A stretch of 64,000 nt of DNA from Alphaproteobacteria bacterium (GCA_964291675.2 OZ219866.1:736001-800000); one strand, 5' to 3'; positions 1 through 10,636 are shown, counted from the first letter of the stretch. Notes: generated by a model from the letters alone, not told the origin. Translations and numbers: made by a program.

Positions 1-2562
1 CTCGGCCCGCGTCATCGCCACGTAGAGCAGCCGGCGATACTCCTCCTCGGCGCGCTCGCGTTCTTGCGCCGCGAGGGATTCGGAGACCGGGTCGCGGGCT
101 TCGCGGCGGCGCTTCCACACCAGGATCGGCGGCGCGGTGTCCGACCAGAGCACGGGGTCGCGCTCGGTCGGCGCCTGCATCCGGTCGGCGAGGACGACGA
201 CCGGCGCCTGCAACCCCTTGGCGCCGTGCACGGTCAGCACCCGGACCTCGTCGCGCTCGGCCTGCTCCAGGTCGCGCTTGACCTCGGCGCGGGCGCCGCG
301 GAACCACGCCACGAAGCCCTGCAGCGACGGGCTGTGCTCGCGCTCGTAGTCGAGGGCGAGGCCGAGAAACTCGTCGATCGGGTCCTCCGCGTCCGGGCCG
401 AGCCGGGCGACGATCCGCCGGCGCCCGCCCATCGGCCCGAGGATGCGGCTGAAGAACTCGAAGGGCGGCACGAAATCCGCCATCGCAAGCACCGCGCCGA
501 GCACCTCCCGGGCGCGCTCGAAGCGGGGCTCGCCGGCGCGCCCGGCGAGCGCGGCGTGGAGCGGGACGCCGTCGCGTCCGTGCGCGAGATCGAACAGCGC
601 CTCCTCGTCGAGCCCGACCAGCGGCCCCTTGAGCACCGCGGCCAGGGTGAGGTCGTCGTCGACCATCAGCGCCGCCTCGGCGAGCGCCAGCAGGTCCATC
701 GCCGCGAGCTGGGTCGACAGCGCCAGCCGGTCGATCCCGGCGACGCCGACGGCGCGCTGCTTGAGCGCGCGTACCAGATGGTCGACGAAGGCGCCGCGGT
801 GGCGCACCAGCACCATGACATCGCCGGCGCGCATCGCCCGGCCGCGGCTCTCCAGGCGTTCGCCGTCCGCGAGCCAGCGCGCGATCGTCGCCGCCAGCGC
901 CTCGGCGAGACGGTAGGCGGGGGTCTGCTGGACGAACGGCCGGACCGCCGGCTGCCAGGGGTCGTCGTCCACCGGATCGCTCGGCCGGGCCGGCGGCCAG
1001 AGCACCACCGACCCGGCCTGCCCGGCGCGGCCGGCGGCGTGGGAGACCGGCCGCTCGCCCAGCCCGCGCGCGGTATCCGGGTCGGCGAACACCGCATCGA
1101 CCGCGCGCAGCACCGCCTCCGTCGAGCGGAAGGAGCGGCCCAGCGCGACGCCCTCCCAGGCCGCGCCCGAATCTTCGGCGCGGCGGCGGAAGTCCTCCCG
1201 CATGGCAGCGAAGGCGTCCGCCTCGACGCCCTGAAAGCTGTAGATCGACTGTTTCGGATCGCCCACCGCGAACACCGTGCGCGGCGCCTCGCGCGCGCTC
1301 TCGCCGGCGAAGAAATCCGCGGCCAGCGCCCGGACCACCGCCCATTGCCGGGGGTTGGTGTCCTGCGCCTCGTCGATCAGCACGTGATCGATGCCGCCGT
1401 CGAGCTTGTACAGCACCCAGAGCGCCGCCCGGTCCTCGACCAGCTCCTGCACCCCGGCGATCAGGTCGTCGTAGTCGAGCCGCCCGCGGCGCGCCTTCTC
1501 CGACCGGTAGGCCGCGAGCAGGGTCGCGCCGATCCGGGCGAGCGCGGCGCTCTCGGCGGCGGTCGCGGCGGCGAGCAGGCGTCGCCGGACAACCTGGACC
1601 CGTTCGGCCTCGGCCCGCCAGGCCTCGGCCGCCTCCGGCGCCGCCCGCGCCACGTCCCCGGTCGGCAGGTTCCTGCGGATGCCGCCGGCCTGGGTCAGGA
1701 AGGCCAGGGCGTAGTCGGCGAAGGCCTGTCGCGTCGGCGCCGGGTCTTCGAGCCATGCGGCGATCGCCGCGCCGGCCTTGCGGTCGGTCGGCCGCCCGGC
1801 GAGCAGCGCCTCCGCCGCGCGCCGCAGCCCGTCGCGGTCGGACGCCTCCCCGGCGCAGGCAGCGGCGAGGATCGTCTCCCCGGTCTCCGCCGGATCGAGG
1901 CCGAAATGGCGATGGGTCGCCGCCTCGATCCCGGGCAGCGCCCGGGCGGCGAGCGCCTCGATCCTGCCGCGCTCGCGCGCGAGCGCGGCCATCAGCTCGT
2001 CGAACCGGCTCTCCTCGCCGCGCCCGGCGACGATCGCGAAGGCGCGGGCGAGCGGGGAGTCCGGGGCGCGCGAGGCTTCGCCGATCGCGGCGTCGCGGGC
2101 GCGGCGCAGGGTCTCGCTTTCGGTGCGCTCGTCCATCACCCGGAAATGCGGGTCGACCCGGGCTTCCAGCGGGAAGCGGCCGAGCACGGACTGGCAGAAG
2201 GCGTGGATGGTCTGGATCTTCATCCCGCCGGGAGCGTCCAGCACTTCGAGGAACAGCGCCCGCGCCCGCGCCGCGGTCCCGGCGTCGGGCGGGCCTTCGA
2301 GAAGATCGGCGAGGACGCCCCGGAGCGCCGCGTCGGACAGGGTCGACCAGTCGCCGAGCGCGGCGAAGATGCGGTTGGCCATCTCGGCCGCCGCCGCGCG
2401 GGTGAAGGTCAGCGCCAGGATGCGCTCCGGCGGCGTGCCGGCGAGCAGCAGCCGCAGCACCCGGTCGGCCAGCACCTTGGTCTTGCCGGTCCCGGCCGAG
2501 GCGTCGACCCAGGCCGAGACCGCCGGGCGCGAGGCCAGGGCCTGGCCGGCGGGACCGCTCAC
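1..2562 (-). CDS. addA: Double-strand break repair helicase/nuclease AddA (3' part runs off the window)
   Basis: Not in ORF track because it is open at the edge. Reverse strand reads GTG(2562) MSGPAGQALASRPAVSAWVDASAGTGKTKVL (Walker A), then LIDEAQDT and VGDPKQSIYSF UvrD motifs; GTGA overlap with the addB stop. Confidence 0.95.
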   Translation of the reverse strand, partial: MSGPAGQALASRPAVSAWVDASAGTGKTKVLADRVLRLLLAGTPPERILALTFTRAAAAEMANRIFAALGDWSTLSDAALRGVLADLLEGPPDAGTAARARALFLEVLDAPGGMKIQTIHAFCQSVLGRFPLEARVDPHFRVMDERTESETLRRARDAAIGEASRAPDSPLARAFAIVAGRGEESRFDELMAALARERGRIEALAARALPGIEAATHRHFGLDPAETGETILAAACAGEASDRDGLRRAAEALLAGRPTDRKAGAAIAAWLEDPAPTRQAFADYALAFLTQAGGIRRNLPTGDVARAAPEAAEAWRAEAERVQVVRRRLLAAATAAESAALARIGATLLAAYRSEKARRGRLDYDDLIAGVQELVEDRAALWVLYKLDGGIDHVLIDEAQDTNPRQWAVVRALAADFFAGESAREAPRTVFAVGDPKQSIYSFQGVEADAFAAMREDFRRRAEDSGAAWEGVALGRSFRSTEAVLRAVDAVFADPDTARGLGERPVSHAAGRAGQAGSVVLWPPARPSDPVDDDPWQPAVRPFVQQTPAYRLAEALAATIARWLADGERLESRGRAMRAGDVMVLVRHRGAFVDHLVRALKQRAVGVAGIDRLALSTQLAAMDLLALAEAALMVDDDLTLAAVLKGPLVGLDEEALFDLAHGRDGVPLHAALAGRAGEPRFERAREVLGAVLAMADFVPPFEFFSRILGPMGGRRRIVARLGPDAEDPIDEFLGLALDYEREHSPSLQGFVAWFRGARAEVKRDLEQAERDEVRVLTVHGAKGLQAPVVVLADRMQAPTERDPVLWSDTAPPILVWKRRREARDPVSESLAAQERERAEEEYRRLLYVAMTRAE

Positions 2563-5474
2563 CGCCACCGCCCCGCCGCCCGCCCCGGCGCGTACTCGGC
2601 GAGGCGTTCCAGATGGTGGTAGTCGTTGAAGGCCGGGGCGCGGTCGGCATGCGGCTGCGGAACATAGGGGACCGCGGGGTCGTCGAAATGGCGGATCAGC
2701 CGCTCCAGGCCCGCGCGCGCCGCATCCGCATCGGCCTCGACCGGCAGCTCTTCGCCCGGCGGGTCGCCGCCGGACAGCTTCCAATAGGCGAGGCCGGGCC
2801 GCGGCGCGGCGGGGATTTCCGCGAACCCGCCGGCGGCCAGGATCGCGGCTTCGAGCGGGAGCTGCGGCGCGATGCCGGCGCCGACCTCCTTGCGCGAGGG
2901 CACGGCGCCGGTCTTGTAATCGACGATCGCGGCGCTGCCGTCGGCCATCACGTCGATCCGGTCGGCCCGCGCAACGAGGGTGAAGGGGCCGGCCGGAGCG
3001 GCAATATCGAGCCGGCCTTCGAGCTCGGTCAGGATGGCCGCGACGCCCGGCCTGTGGCGGTTCTCGCGGTCGACGATCCAGCGCGCGATACGCGCGAAGC
3101 GGGGCCGCCAGAAGGCGCGCACGCCGGGCCGCTCGGCCATCGCGCCGAGCCTGGCGTCGCCGATCGCCAGCAGCCGTTCCAACGCGTCCTCGGGCAGGGC
3201 GCCGGGGAAGGCGCGGAGAAAGGCGTCCAGCGCCTCGTGGACGAAACGGCCGCGCTCCGCCGCGCCGGGGTCGGCGTCGATCGGCTCCAGCGCCTTGAGG
3301 TCCAGCACGTGCCTCGCATAGATCGCGTAGGGGTCGCGGATCAGGGTCTCGACCTGGGTGACGGAGAGCCGGCGCGGGCGCGCCTCGACCGGCGGCACGG
3401 GGGCCGGCGCCCGGATCTGTTCGGCTTCTTCGGGCCGGTCCAGCATGGCCCGCCAGGCGCTCCAGCGCGCCGCTCCCCGGACAAGCTTGCCGGAATCGGG
3501 GCCGAGCGCGTTGTCGAGCCGCATCAGCCAGCGCGACGGGACGGTGGGGGTGCCGGCCTCGCGCACCGCGCGGGTGAGGAACACCTCGGGCGCGGCGAAG
3601 AGCTGGCTGAAATCGTGCGCGGCGAGGCCGATCCGGCGCTCATGCGCGGGCAGGCCGAAGGCGCCGCGCATCGGCCGGCTCATCCACGGATCGGCCGGCG
3701 GCTGGGCCGGCCAGGTTCCCTCGTTCAATCCGCCGAGAACGACCCGGTCGGCGCCCTGGAGCCTGGCCTCCAGCACGCCCCAGATCTGCAGCCGCGGGTG
3801 GCGGCCGTAGCGCGGCCTGACCGCGCGGCCGCGCATCAACGTGTCCAGCAGGTCGGGCCAGGCCCGCGCCTCGACCGGGCGGAGCCCGCGCGCGGCGCCG
3901 CGGAGCTCGTCCATGAAATCGCCCGCCGCCCGGCCGTCGTCGCCCGACCACAGCCGCGCCGCGCCGCCCGCCCCGGCGCCCGCCGCCAGACGCTCGGCGG
4001 CCTCGACCTGCGCGCTCGCCAGCTCGGCGAGCCCGACCCGCCCGCCGCTCGCGAGCAGCGCATCCAGCGGCGCCACCGCCCCGGCGACCGAATCGAGCCA
4101 GCGGACGAGCGCGCGGTCGCCGCCGAGCGCGAGCCTCAGCCCGTCGGCGCCGGGGGCCGGGCGCGGGCCCCTGAGCGCCACGCGTTCGAGCCCGCGGACC
4201 CGGGCGCGGAACGCGCCCGGCTCCATCCCGCAGGCGGCGAGCGGGTGCTTGAGGAGGGACAGCAGCGGCACCGGCGCCCAGCCCTCGGCGAGCGCCCGGG
4301 CGAGCAGGCGGAGAAACGCGCCCGCGGGGGTGAGCGCGAGCGGCGTGCCGCCGGAGTCGTCGATCTCCACCCCCCAGCGCAGGAGCTCCGCCGCGACCCG
4401 GCGCGCGAGCCCGCGGTCGGGGGTGACCAGCGCCGCCGTCTTGCCCGGCGTCTCCAGCGTCTCGCGCAGGAGCAGCGCGATCGTCGTCGCCTCCTCCCGC
4501 GCGCCGACGCAGTCGATGCGGCAGACGCCGTCGAGCGCGGCGTCGAGCGCGATGCCGCCGGGCGGCGGCGCCGCGGCCCCGGCCGGACGCATGGCGGCGG
4601 CGAGCAGCCGGCTGCGCGGCGTCCCGGCGGGCTCGCATCCGGGCCAGAGCGCGACGTCGGCGGGCTCGGCCCCGAGCGCGTCGAGCACCGAATGGAGGCC
4701 GTATTGCGGATGGCCGGCGTCGAGCGCGGCGCGGGTCTCGGGATCGAGCGTCCGGTCGAGCCCCGGGAGCACCACCGCGCCGTTGGCGAGCCCGGCGACG
4801 GCCTTCATCAGGAGGCGGGTGGCGGGCACGCTGCCGGTGGAGCCGGCGAGGATCACGCGGCCGGCCGGGGGGCTCTCCCGCCAGGCTTCGATGCGCGTCT
4901 CGATCAGCCGGTTGCGCCGCTCGGCCGGGCCGATCGCACCCTCCCCGGCGAGCACCGCCGGCCAGGCCTCGGTGACGATGCGCAGGAAGTCGAGCGTGAC
5001 CTGCCAGTGCGCGGCGAGGCTGTCGGGCACCAGCTCGGCGAGCCGGTCGAAGCCGATTCCCTCGGTCTCCACCTGGTCGAGCAGCCGCGCCAGCTCGGCG
5101 GCGAGCCCGGCGATGCGCGCCGAATCCTCGCCGTCCCCCTCGCGCGCGCGGATCAGCTCGGCGAGCAGGAGCTGGCGGCGCAGCGGCGGGATCGCCGGCG
5201 GCAGGTCGAGCGGAGCGTCGGCCGACAGGTCCTCGGCCTCGAATCCCTCGTCGAGCCCGATATCGCCGATCGGCGCGATCGCCGGCAGCAGCAGCGCGCG
5301 GCCGGGGCTCGCGCGCAGCATCGCCTCGCCGAGAGCCCGGCAGGCCCGCCGGTTGGGCAGCAGCACCGTGGCGTCCGCGCCGTCGTCCAGCAGCCCGCCT
5401 GCGAGCGCATCGAGAAACGGAATCCCGGCCGGGATCGTGAACAGCCCGGTCGGCGCGGGCCCGGCGCCGGTCAT
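2559..5474 (-). CDS. addB: Double-strand break repair protein AddB
   Basis: FTIPAGIPFLDALA N-terminus, LLPNRRA, AGSTGS, C-terminal RADRID..IVDYKTG PD-(D/E)xK nuclease; start trimmed to ATG 5474. Confidence 0.95.
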   Translation of the reverse strand: MTGAGPAPTGLFTIPAGIPFLDALAGGLLDDGADATVLLPNRRACRALGEAMLRASPGRALLLPAIAPIGDIGLDEGFEAEDLSADAPLDLPPAIPPLRRQLLLAELIRAREGDGEDSARIAGLAAELARLLDQVETEGIGFDRLAELVPDSLAAHWQVTLDFLRIVTEAWPAVLAGEGAIGPAERRNRLIETRIEAWRESPPAGRVILAGSTGSVPATRLLMKAVAGLANGAVVLPGLDRTLDPETRAALDAGHPQYGLHSVLDALGAEPADVALWPGCEPAGTPRSRLLAAAMRPAGAAAPPPGGIALDAALDGVCRIDCVGAREEATTIALLLRETLETPGKTAALVTPDRGLARRVAAELLRWGVEIDDSGGTPLALTPAGAFLRLLARALAEGWAPVPLLSLLKHPLAACGMEPGAFRARVRGLERVALRGPRPAPGADGLRLALGGDRALVRWLDSVAGAVAPLDALLASGGRVGLAELASAQVEAAERLAAGAGAGGAARLWSGDDGRAAGDFMDELRGAARGLRPVEARAWPDLLDTLMRGRAVRPRYGRHPRLQIWGVLEARLQGADRVVLGGLNEGTWPAQPPADPWMSRPMRGAFGLPAHERRIGLAAHDFSQLFAAPEVFLTRAVREAGTPTVPSRWLMRLDNALGPDSGKLVRGAARWSAWRAMLDRPEEAEQIRAPAPVPPVEARPRRLSVTQVETLIRDPYAIYARHVLDLKALEPIDADPGAAERGRFVHEALDAFLRAFPGALPEDALERLLAIGDARLGAMAERPGVRAFWRPRFARIARWIVDRENRHRPGVAAILTELEGRLDIAAPAGPFTLVARADRIDVMADGSAAIVDYKTGAVPSRKEVGAGIAPQLPLEAAILAAGGFAEIPAAPRPGLAYWKLSGGDPPGEELPVEADADAARAGLERLIRHFDDPAVPYVPQPHADRAPAFNDYHHLERLAEYAPGRAAGRWR

Positions 5475-5478
5475 CCCG

Positions 5479-6213
5479 TCATCCGACGTGGAAGTCGCGC
5501 GCGCCGGGCCGGCCGAGCAGCCGGTCCTCGGCGGTCTTGAGCGCCGCCGGCGTGCCGACATGGAACCACTCCCCGTCATGCACGACGCCGAACAGCCGGC
5601 CCGCGCGCTCGGCCCGGTCGTAGAGCAGGTTGAGCGAGAACGGACTCTTCGGCGGGGCGTCGAACAGCCGGGGGTGGAGCAGCTGCACGCCGGTGAACAC
5701 ATAGGGCGAGACGTCCCGGGCGGCGCGCCGGTGCAGCGCCCCGTCGGCGTCCATGAAGTAGTCGCCGCGCCCGTCATAGCCGTGCGCGCCGACACAGCGA
5801 TGCATCAGGAGCAGCGCGTCCATCGCCGCGTCGTCCCAGCTTCGGACGAGGCGTTCGAGCGCCGGCGTCGGACCGTCGAGCCAGGCGATGTCGGCGTTGA
5901 CCACGAAGAACGGCGCATCGCCGAGCCGGTCCAGCGCGTTCGCCACCCCGCCGCCGGTGTCGAGCAGGACCGCTTCATGGCGCATCGCGGTCCGCGGGCT
6001 CGGCCGCGCCGCGAGGTGGGACTCGATCCGGTCGCCGAGATGGTGGCGGTTCACCACCACCTCGTCGATCCCGAAGGCCTCCAGCCGGTCGAGCGCGCGG
6101 TCGAGCATGGTCTGCCCGCCGACCTCGATCAGCGGCTTGGGCACGGTGTCGGTCAGCGGCCGCATGCGCGTGCCGAGCCCGGCCGCCAGCACCATCGCGC
6201 GGCGCGGCCTCAC
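5479..6213 (-). CDS. murU: N-acetylmuramate-1-phosphate uridylyltransferase (MurU-like nucleotidyltransferase)
   Basis: AMVLAAGLGTRMRPLT..PKPL motif; conserved position next to amgK/tsaE/addB; GTG start overlaps amgK stop. Confidence 0.85.
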   Translation of the reverse strand: MRPRRAMVLAAGLGTRMRPLTDTVPKPLIEVGGQTMLDRALDRLEAFGIDEVVVNRHHLGDRIESHLAARPSPRTAMRHEAVLLDTGGGVANALDRLGDAPFFVVNADIAWLDGPTPALERLVRSWDDAAMDALLLMHRCVGAHGYDGRGDYFMDADGALHRRAARDVSPYVFTGVQLLHPRLFDAPPKSPFSLNLLYDRAERAGRLFGVVHDGEWFHVGTPAALKTAEDRLLGRPGARDFHVG

Positions 6214-7226
6214 GCCGCCGCCCCCGGGCGCGGCACGGCGCGCGCCCGGCCCGGGACGGCTTCGTCGAGCCAGTCCCGCATCGCGCCGAGCGCCGGATGG
6301 GCGAGGGCGGCCTCCAGCAGGCGCCAGACCCGCGCGATATGGCCGAGATAACCGTGCTTGCCGTCGCGCCGCGACAGCCGGGTGAAGATGCCGATCACCT
6401 TGCAATGGCGCTGCGCGCCGAGGATGGCGCAGGAGCGGTCGAACGCGTCTCTGTCGAGCCCCGGAAAGGCGGCGAGGTAGCGGTCCCTGAGGGCGCGGGC
6501 GAGCGCCGGCTTCACGTCGCGCCTGGCATCTTGCACCAGGGACACGAAGTCGTAGCTCGCCGGCCCGGCCACGGCGTCCTGGAAATCGACCAGCCCGCAG
6601 GCGGCCACCCCGTCCCGCCCGTCGAGCCGCATCAAATTGTCGACGTGGAAGTCGCGCAGCACCAGGGTCTCGGGCACCTGGCGGGCCTCGGCGAAGGCGG
6701 CGCGCCAGCGCTCGCCATAGGCGGTGCGCCGCGCCGCGCCGACGGTCGCGCCGACCGCCGGCAGGTACCAGTCGAGCAGATGCTGCGCCTCGGCGAGCAG
6801 CAGGTCGTCGGAGTAGCGGGCGAGGCCGGGCGGGATCGCCGCTTCGGGATCGAGCCGGTGCAGCGCCACCAGCGTGTCGACGGCGAGCGCGTAGAGCGCC
6901 GCCTCGTCCGCGCCGCCCTCCAGCAGCCGGGTGAAGGTGTCGTCGCCGAGATCCTCCATCAGCAGCAGCCCGGCCGCCTCGTCCGCCGCCACGATTCCGG
7001 GCGCGGCGAAGCCGAGGGCGCGCAGATGGCGGGCGATGGCCGCAAAGGGCGCGATGGGCTCGCTTTCGGGCGGGGCATCCATGAGCACGGCGGTCCCGGC
7101 GCCGCGCCCGACCCGGAGGTAGCGGCGGAACGAGGCATCGGCGGCGAGCGGCGCGACCGCGGCGCCGCGCCAGCCGGCGCCGGCCAGGAAGCGCCCGATC
7201 TCGCGCTCACGCCCGGAACCGGTCAA
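6210..7226 (-). CDS. amgK: Anomeric MurNAc/GlcNAc kinase AmgK-like (aminoglycoside phosphotransferase family)
   Basis: LAADASFRRYLR, LVLRDFHVDNLM and DFQDA motifs; TTG start at 7226 with GGAGGG Shine-Dalgarno. Confidence 0.8.
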   Translation of the reverse strand: MTGSGREREIGRFLAGAGWRGAAVAPLAADASFRRYLRVGRGAGTAVLMDAPPESEPIAPFAAIARHLRALGFAAPGIVAADEAAGLLLMEDLGDDTFTRLLEGGADEAALYALAVDTLVALHRLDPEAAIPPGLARYSDDLLLAEAQHLLDWYLPAVGATVGAARRTAYGERWRAAFAEARQVPETLVLRDFHVDNLMRLDGRDGVAACGLVDFQDAVAGPASYDFVSLVQDARRDVKPALARALRDRYLAAFPGLDRDAFDRSCAILGAQRHCKVIGIFTRLSRRDGKHGYLGHIARVWRLLEAALAHPALGAMRDWLDEAVPGRARAVPRPGAAA

Positions 7227-7716
7227 GCGTCCCTCCGATACGCGCGCGCCAGCCCGCGCCGCCCGCGATCTCGGCGTCCCGCGCGCCCTCGCCCGCGCCC
7301 TGGAGCAGGGTGACGAGAAGCGCGCCTCGCGGCAGCAGCGGACCCAGCCGGTCCGGCCATTCGACCAGCGCGATGCCGTCGGCGAAGGCATCCTCGATGC
7401 CGAGCTCCAGCGCCTCCTCGGGCCGCTCGATCCGGTAGAGGTCGAAATGGTGGATGACGGTACCGCCGATATCGTAGGGCTGGACCAGGGTGAAGGTCGG
7501 GCTCGGCACCTCGACCGGCAGGCCGCCGGCCGAAGCGGCGCGGGCGTTGACGAAGGCGCGCGCGAACGTCGTCTTGCCGGCGCCGAGCGCACCGGCGAGG
7601 CCGATCGCGTCGCCCCGCCGCGCGGTCCCGGCAATGGCGCCGGCGAACGCGCGTGTCGCGTCGAGGTCGGGAAGGGCGAGGCGCGCCAGCGCGGCGGGCG
7701 GGGGAGGCGCCGACAT
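7207..7716 (-). CDS. tsaE: tRNA threonylcarbamoyladenosine biosynthesis ATPase TsaE
   Basis: GALGAGKTTFAR, VPSPTFTLVQPY, HFDLYRI and LVEWPDR motifs. Confidence 0.95.
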   Translation of the reverse strand: MSAPPPPAALARLALPDLDATRAFAGAIAGTARRGDAIGLAGALGAGKTTFARAFVNARAASAGGLPVEVPSPTFTLVQPYDIGGTVIHHFDLYRIERPEEALELGIEDAFADGIALVEWPDRLGPLLPRGALLVTLLQGAGEGARDAEIAGGAGWRARIGGTLDRFRA

Positions 7717-7722
7717 GGGGCG

Positions 7723-7751
7723 GTTCTAGCCGCCGCCGCGGCGCCCGGCAA
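7723..7751 (-). promoter_or_regulatory. Sigma70-type promoter of tsaE (probably leaderless transcript)
   Basis: TTGCCG-N17-TAGAAC ends 6 nt before the ATG; no SD. Confidence 0.5.
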
Positions 7752-7755
7752 GGCG

Positions 7756-9051
7756 TCAATAGCGGTAGTATTCCGGCTTGAACGGGCCGTCGCGGGCGAC
7801 GCCGAGATAGTCGGCCTGGTCGGCGGTGAGCGCGGTCAGCCTGACCCCGAGCTTGTCGAGATGGAGCGCCGCCACCCTTTCGTCGAGCCGCTTGGGGAGC
7901 ACATAGACCTCGTTGCGGTAGGAGGCGTGGTTCTGCCACAGCTCGATCTGGGCCAGCACCTGGTTGGTGAACGACGCGCTCATCACGAAGCTCGGATGTC
8001 CGGTCGCGCAGCCCAGATTGACCAGCCGCCCCTCGGCGAGGACGATCAGCCGCTTGCCGTCCGGAAACTCGACCTCGTCGACCTGCGGCTTGACGTTCTC
8101 CCATCTGTAGTTCCTGAGCGCGGCGATCTGAATCTCGCTGTCGAAATGTCCGATATTGCAGACGATGGCGCGGTCCTTCATCGCCCGCATGTGGTCGATG
8201 GTGATCACGTCGATATTGCCGGTGCAGGTGACGAAGATGTCGCCCGAGGGCGCCGCGTCCTCCATCGTCGCCACCTCGTAGCCCTCCATCGCCGCCTGCA
8301 GGGCGCAGATCGGGTCGATCTCGGTGACCACGACCCGCGCACCCTGGTTGCGCAAGGAGGCGGCCGAGCCCTTGCCGACATCGCCGAAGCCGCAGACCAC
8401 GGCGGTCTTGCCGGCGACCATCACGTCGGTCGCCCGCTTGATCCCGTCGACCAGGCTCTCCCGGCAGCCATAGAGGTTGTCGAACTTGGACTTGGTCACC
8501 GAGTCGTTGACGTTGATCGCGGGCACCTTGAGCGTGCCCTCCCTGGCCATCTCGTAGAGCCGGTGGACGCCCGTGGTGGTCTCCTCCGACAGCCCCAGCA
8601 CGTCGCCGAGCAGGGTGGGGAACTTGTCGTGCATCACCTTGGTGAGGTCGCCGCCGTCGTCGAGCAGCAGGTTGGGGCGCCAGCCGTCCGGCCCCTCGAC
8701 GGTGCGGTCGATCGCCCACCAGAACGCGTCTTCCGACATCCCCTTCCAGGCGAAGACGGGAACGCCCGAGGCGGCGATCGCGGCGGCGGCGTGGTCCTGG
8801 GTCGAGAAGATGTTGCACGAGCTCCAGCGCACGCTCGCGCCGAGCGCCGCGAGGGTCTCGATCAGCACCGCGGTCTGCACCGTCATGTGCAGACAGCCGG
8901 CGATCCTGGCGCCCGCGAGCGGCCGGGCGGCGCCGAGCTCCCCGCGCAGCGCCATCAGCCCCGGCATCTCGGTCTCGGCGATGGCGATCTCCTTGCGCCC
9001 CCATTCGGCTAGGGCGAGATCGGCGACCTTGAAGTCTTCTGCGGCGCTCAT
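7756..9051 (-). CDS. ahcY: Adenosylhomocysteinase
   Basis: [33 protein letters not shown] and GHPSFVMS motifs; start trimmed to MSAAEDFK. Confidence 0.97.
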   Translation of the reverse strand: MSAAEDFKVADLALAEWGRKEIAIAETEMPGLMALRGELGAARPLAGARIAGCLHMTVQTAVLIETLAALGASVRWSSCNIFSTQDHAAAAIAASGVPVFAWKGMSEDAFWWAIDRTVEGPDGWRPNLLLDDGGDLTKVMHDKFPTLLGDVLGLSEETTTGVHRLYEMAREGTLKVPAINVNDSVTKSKFDNLYGCRESLVDGIKRATDVMVAGKTAVVCGFGDVGKGSAASLRNQGARVVVTEIDPICALQAAMEGYEVATMEDAAPSGDIFVTCTGNIDVITIDHMRAMKDRAIVCNIGHFDSEIQIAALRNYRWENVKPQVDEVEFPDGKRLIVLAEGRLVNLGCATGHPSFVMSASFTNQVLAQIELWQNHASYRNEVYVLPKRLDERVAALHLDKLGVRLTALTADQADYLGVARDGPFKPEYYRY

Positions 9052-9084
9052 GGGCGATTTCCGGTCGGTGAGGCGGGCTGCGCC

Positions 9085-9113
9085 ATATAGCAAGCCGCGG
9101 CGGGACGGTTCAA
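9085..9113 (-). promoter_or_regulatory. RpoD-type promoter of ahcY
   Basis: TTGAAC-N17-CTATAT, matching the alphaproteobacterial housekeeping consensus. Confidence 0.6.
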
Positions 9114-9179
9114 CCGGGAGGCGGCGCGGGTTGACAGCCTGCCGATGGCGACCGCCGCGCGACACGACCGCCCGCCGGG

Positions 9180-9431
9180 TCAGGGCAGGCGATCTTCGGG
9201 CTCGGGCGGCTTGCCGCCGTCCCTGAACAGAATGCGGCGCGCGCGCTCGAAATCGGCGTCGGCCCGGTGTTCGGCAAAGAACCCGGCAGTCCGCATCGCC
9301 GAGAGTTTTTCGGCGACCGCCGTGGTCACGAACTGGTTGATGCTGGTTCCGTCCCTCCTGCTCGCTTCGGCGACCGCGGCCTTCAGCGACTCGGGCAGGC
9401 GCAGCGGATAGGTGGCCAGTTGCTTTTTCAT
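9180..9431 (-). CDS. RHH/HicB-like antitoxin
   Basis: [34 protein letters not shown] ribbon-helix-helix pattern; ATGA overlap with upstream PIN gene. Confidence 0.8.
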   Translation of the reverse strand: MKKQLATYPLRLPESLKAAVAEASRRDGTSINQFVTTAVAEKLSAMRTAGFFAEHRADADFERARRILFRDGGKPPEPEDRLP

Positions 9432-9853
9432 GACCGGATCCTCCTCAATGCTTCCCGCGGCGACAGGAGCTCCACGCCGAACCCCTCGACGACGCCGGGA
9501 AAGTCCCGCCGGTCGAAGGTCACCAGAGCTTCCGAGCGGCCGTTGACCGCCGTGTCGAGGACCATCTCGTCGGCCGGATCCCGCAGCTGTGGACGCCACA
9601 GGAAATGGGCCGTCACCGGCTCCGCAACCGCGCACAGCGCGGCAATCACCGTTCGAACCTCCCCTTCGTCGAGACCCGAGGCGAGACGCTGCCTCGGCTC
9701 GCAGCAAACCGCCTCGTATTCCAGCGCCAGCGGCAGGGAAACCAGAAGCGTGAATTCCCGATCCAGCGCCTGACCGATCAACGCCGCCGAAGCGCCCGAG
9801 GGGCTACGCAACCCTGCAACGATGACATTGGTATCGAGTACGCAGCGGATCAC
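9428..9853 (-). CDS. PIN-domain toxin
   Basis: [34 protein letters not shown] acidic residues. Confidence 0.88.
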   Translation of the reverse strand: MIRCVLDTNVIVAGLRSPSGASAALIGQALDREFTLLVSLPLALEYEAVCCEPRQRLASGLDEGEVRTVIAALCAVAEPVTAHFLWRPQLRDPADEMVLDTAVNGRSEALVTFDRRDFPGVVEGFGVELLSPREALRRIRS

Positions 9854-9929
9854 ATCTTATTAGATATGAGATCTACTTCAATATTGCAACTATCGACGTC
9901 CGACCCGGCCGAGCAACGGAGGAAACGCC

Positions 9930-10214
9930 TCACCCCTCCTCGAAGCCGTTGGCGAACATGGCGGCGATGGCGGTCACCGCCGGCTTCGCCCCGGCGCCGG
10001 TGGCGCTGACCTGGAGCTTCGTTCCCTTCGTGGCGGCGAGCATCAGCAGGCCCATGATGGAGAGCGCCGAGACTTCCGCCCCCTTGCAGGCGAAGCGGAT
10101 GTCGGCGTCGAACGCTTCCGCGGCGGCGGCGATACGGGCGGCGACGCGGGCGTGCAGGCCGCGCTCGTTGACCACCTCGACCGCGCGGCGGACGACGCCG
10201 GGCTGCGCCGTCAT
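9930..10214 (-). CDS. ptsH: Phosphocarrier protein HPr/NPr
   Basis: VVNERGLHAR phospho-His motif; SIMGLLML Ser46 motif. Confidence 0.93.
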   Translation of the reverse strand: MTAQPGVVRRAVEVVNERGLHARVAARIAAAAEAFDADIRFACKGAEVSALSIMGLLMLAATKGTKLQVSATGAGAKPAVTAIAAMFANGFEEG

Positions 10215-10624
10215 CCGTCCTTGTCGCGCAGCAGCCGCGAGGCGACGCTGATGTATTTGCGCCCCGCGTCCTGCGCCTGGACCACCGCGTCCTCCAGGCT
10301 CTCGCGGCCGCGCGCGCTGGAAAGCTTTACCAGCATCGGCAGGTTGACGCCCGCGATCACCTCGATCCGGCCCTCCTCCATCAGCGAGATCGCCAGGTTC
10401 GACGGCGTGCCGCCGAACATGTCGGTGAGCAGGATCACGCCGCTGCCGCCATCGACCCGCGCGACGCTGTCGGCGATATCGCGGCGCCTGGCCTCGACGT
10501 CGTCATTGGGGCCGATACACACCGTCTCGGCCCGCTCCTGCGGACCGACCACGTGTTCGAGCGCGGCGACCAGCTCCTTCGCCAGGTTGCCGTGCGTCAC
10601 CAGCACCATGCCGATCATGGCCAT
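10211..10624 (-). CDS. manX: PTS EIIA component, mannose family
   Basis: IGMVLVTHG, LTDMFGGTPSN and GVNLPML motifs. Confidence 0.9.
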   Translation of the reverse strand: MAMIGMVLVTHGNLAKELVAALEHVVGPQERAETVCIGPNDDVEARRRDIADSVARVDGGSGVILLTDMFGGTPSNLAISLMEEGRIEVIAGVNLPMLVKLSSARGRESLEDAVVQAQDAGRKYISVASRLLRDKDG

Positions 10625-10636
10625 CGCCCCATCCTG

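Noticed and set aside
64-6351. Very long + strand ORFs (852, 975, 836 aa) and many similar ORFs across the window
   Set aside because: Antisense or alternative-frame shadows of real genes in high-GC DNA; Arg/Gly/Ala-rich with no motifs.
9052-9179. SAH or SAM-SAH riboswitch upstream of ahcY
   Set aside because: No GAGGAGCG/CAGGCTC-type core visible; the promoter lies about 30 nt from the ATG, leaving no room.
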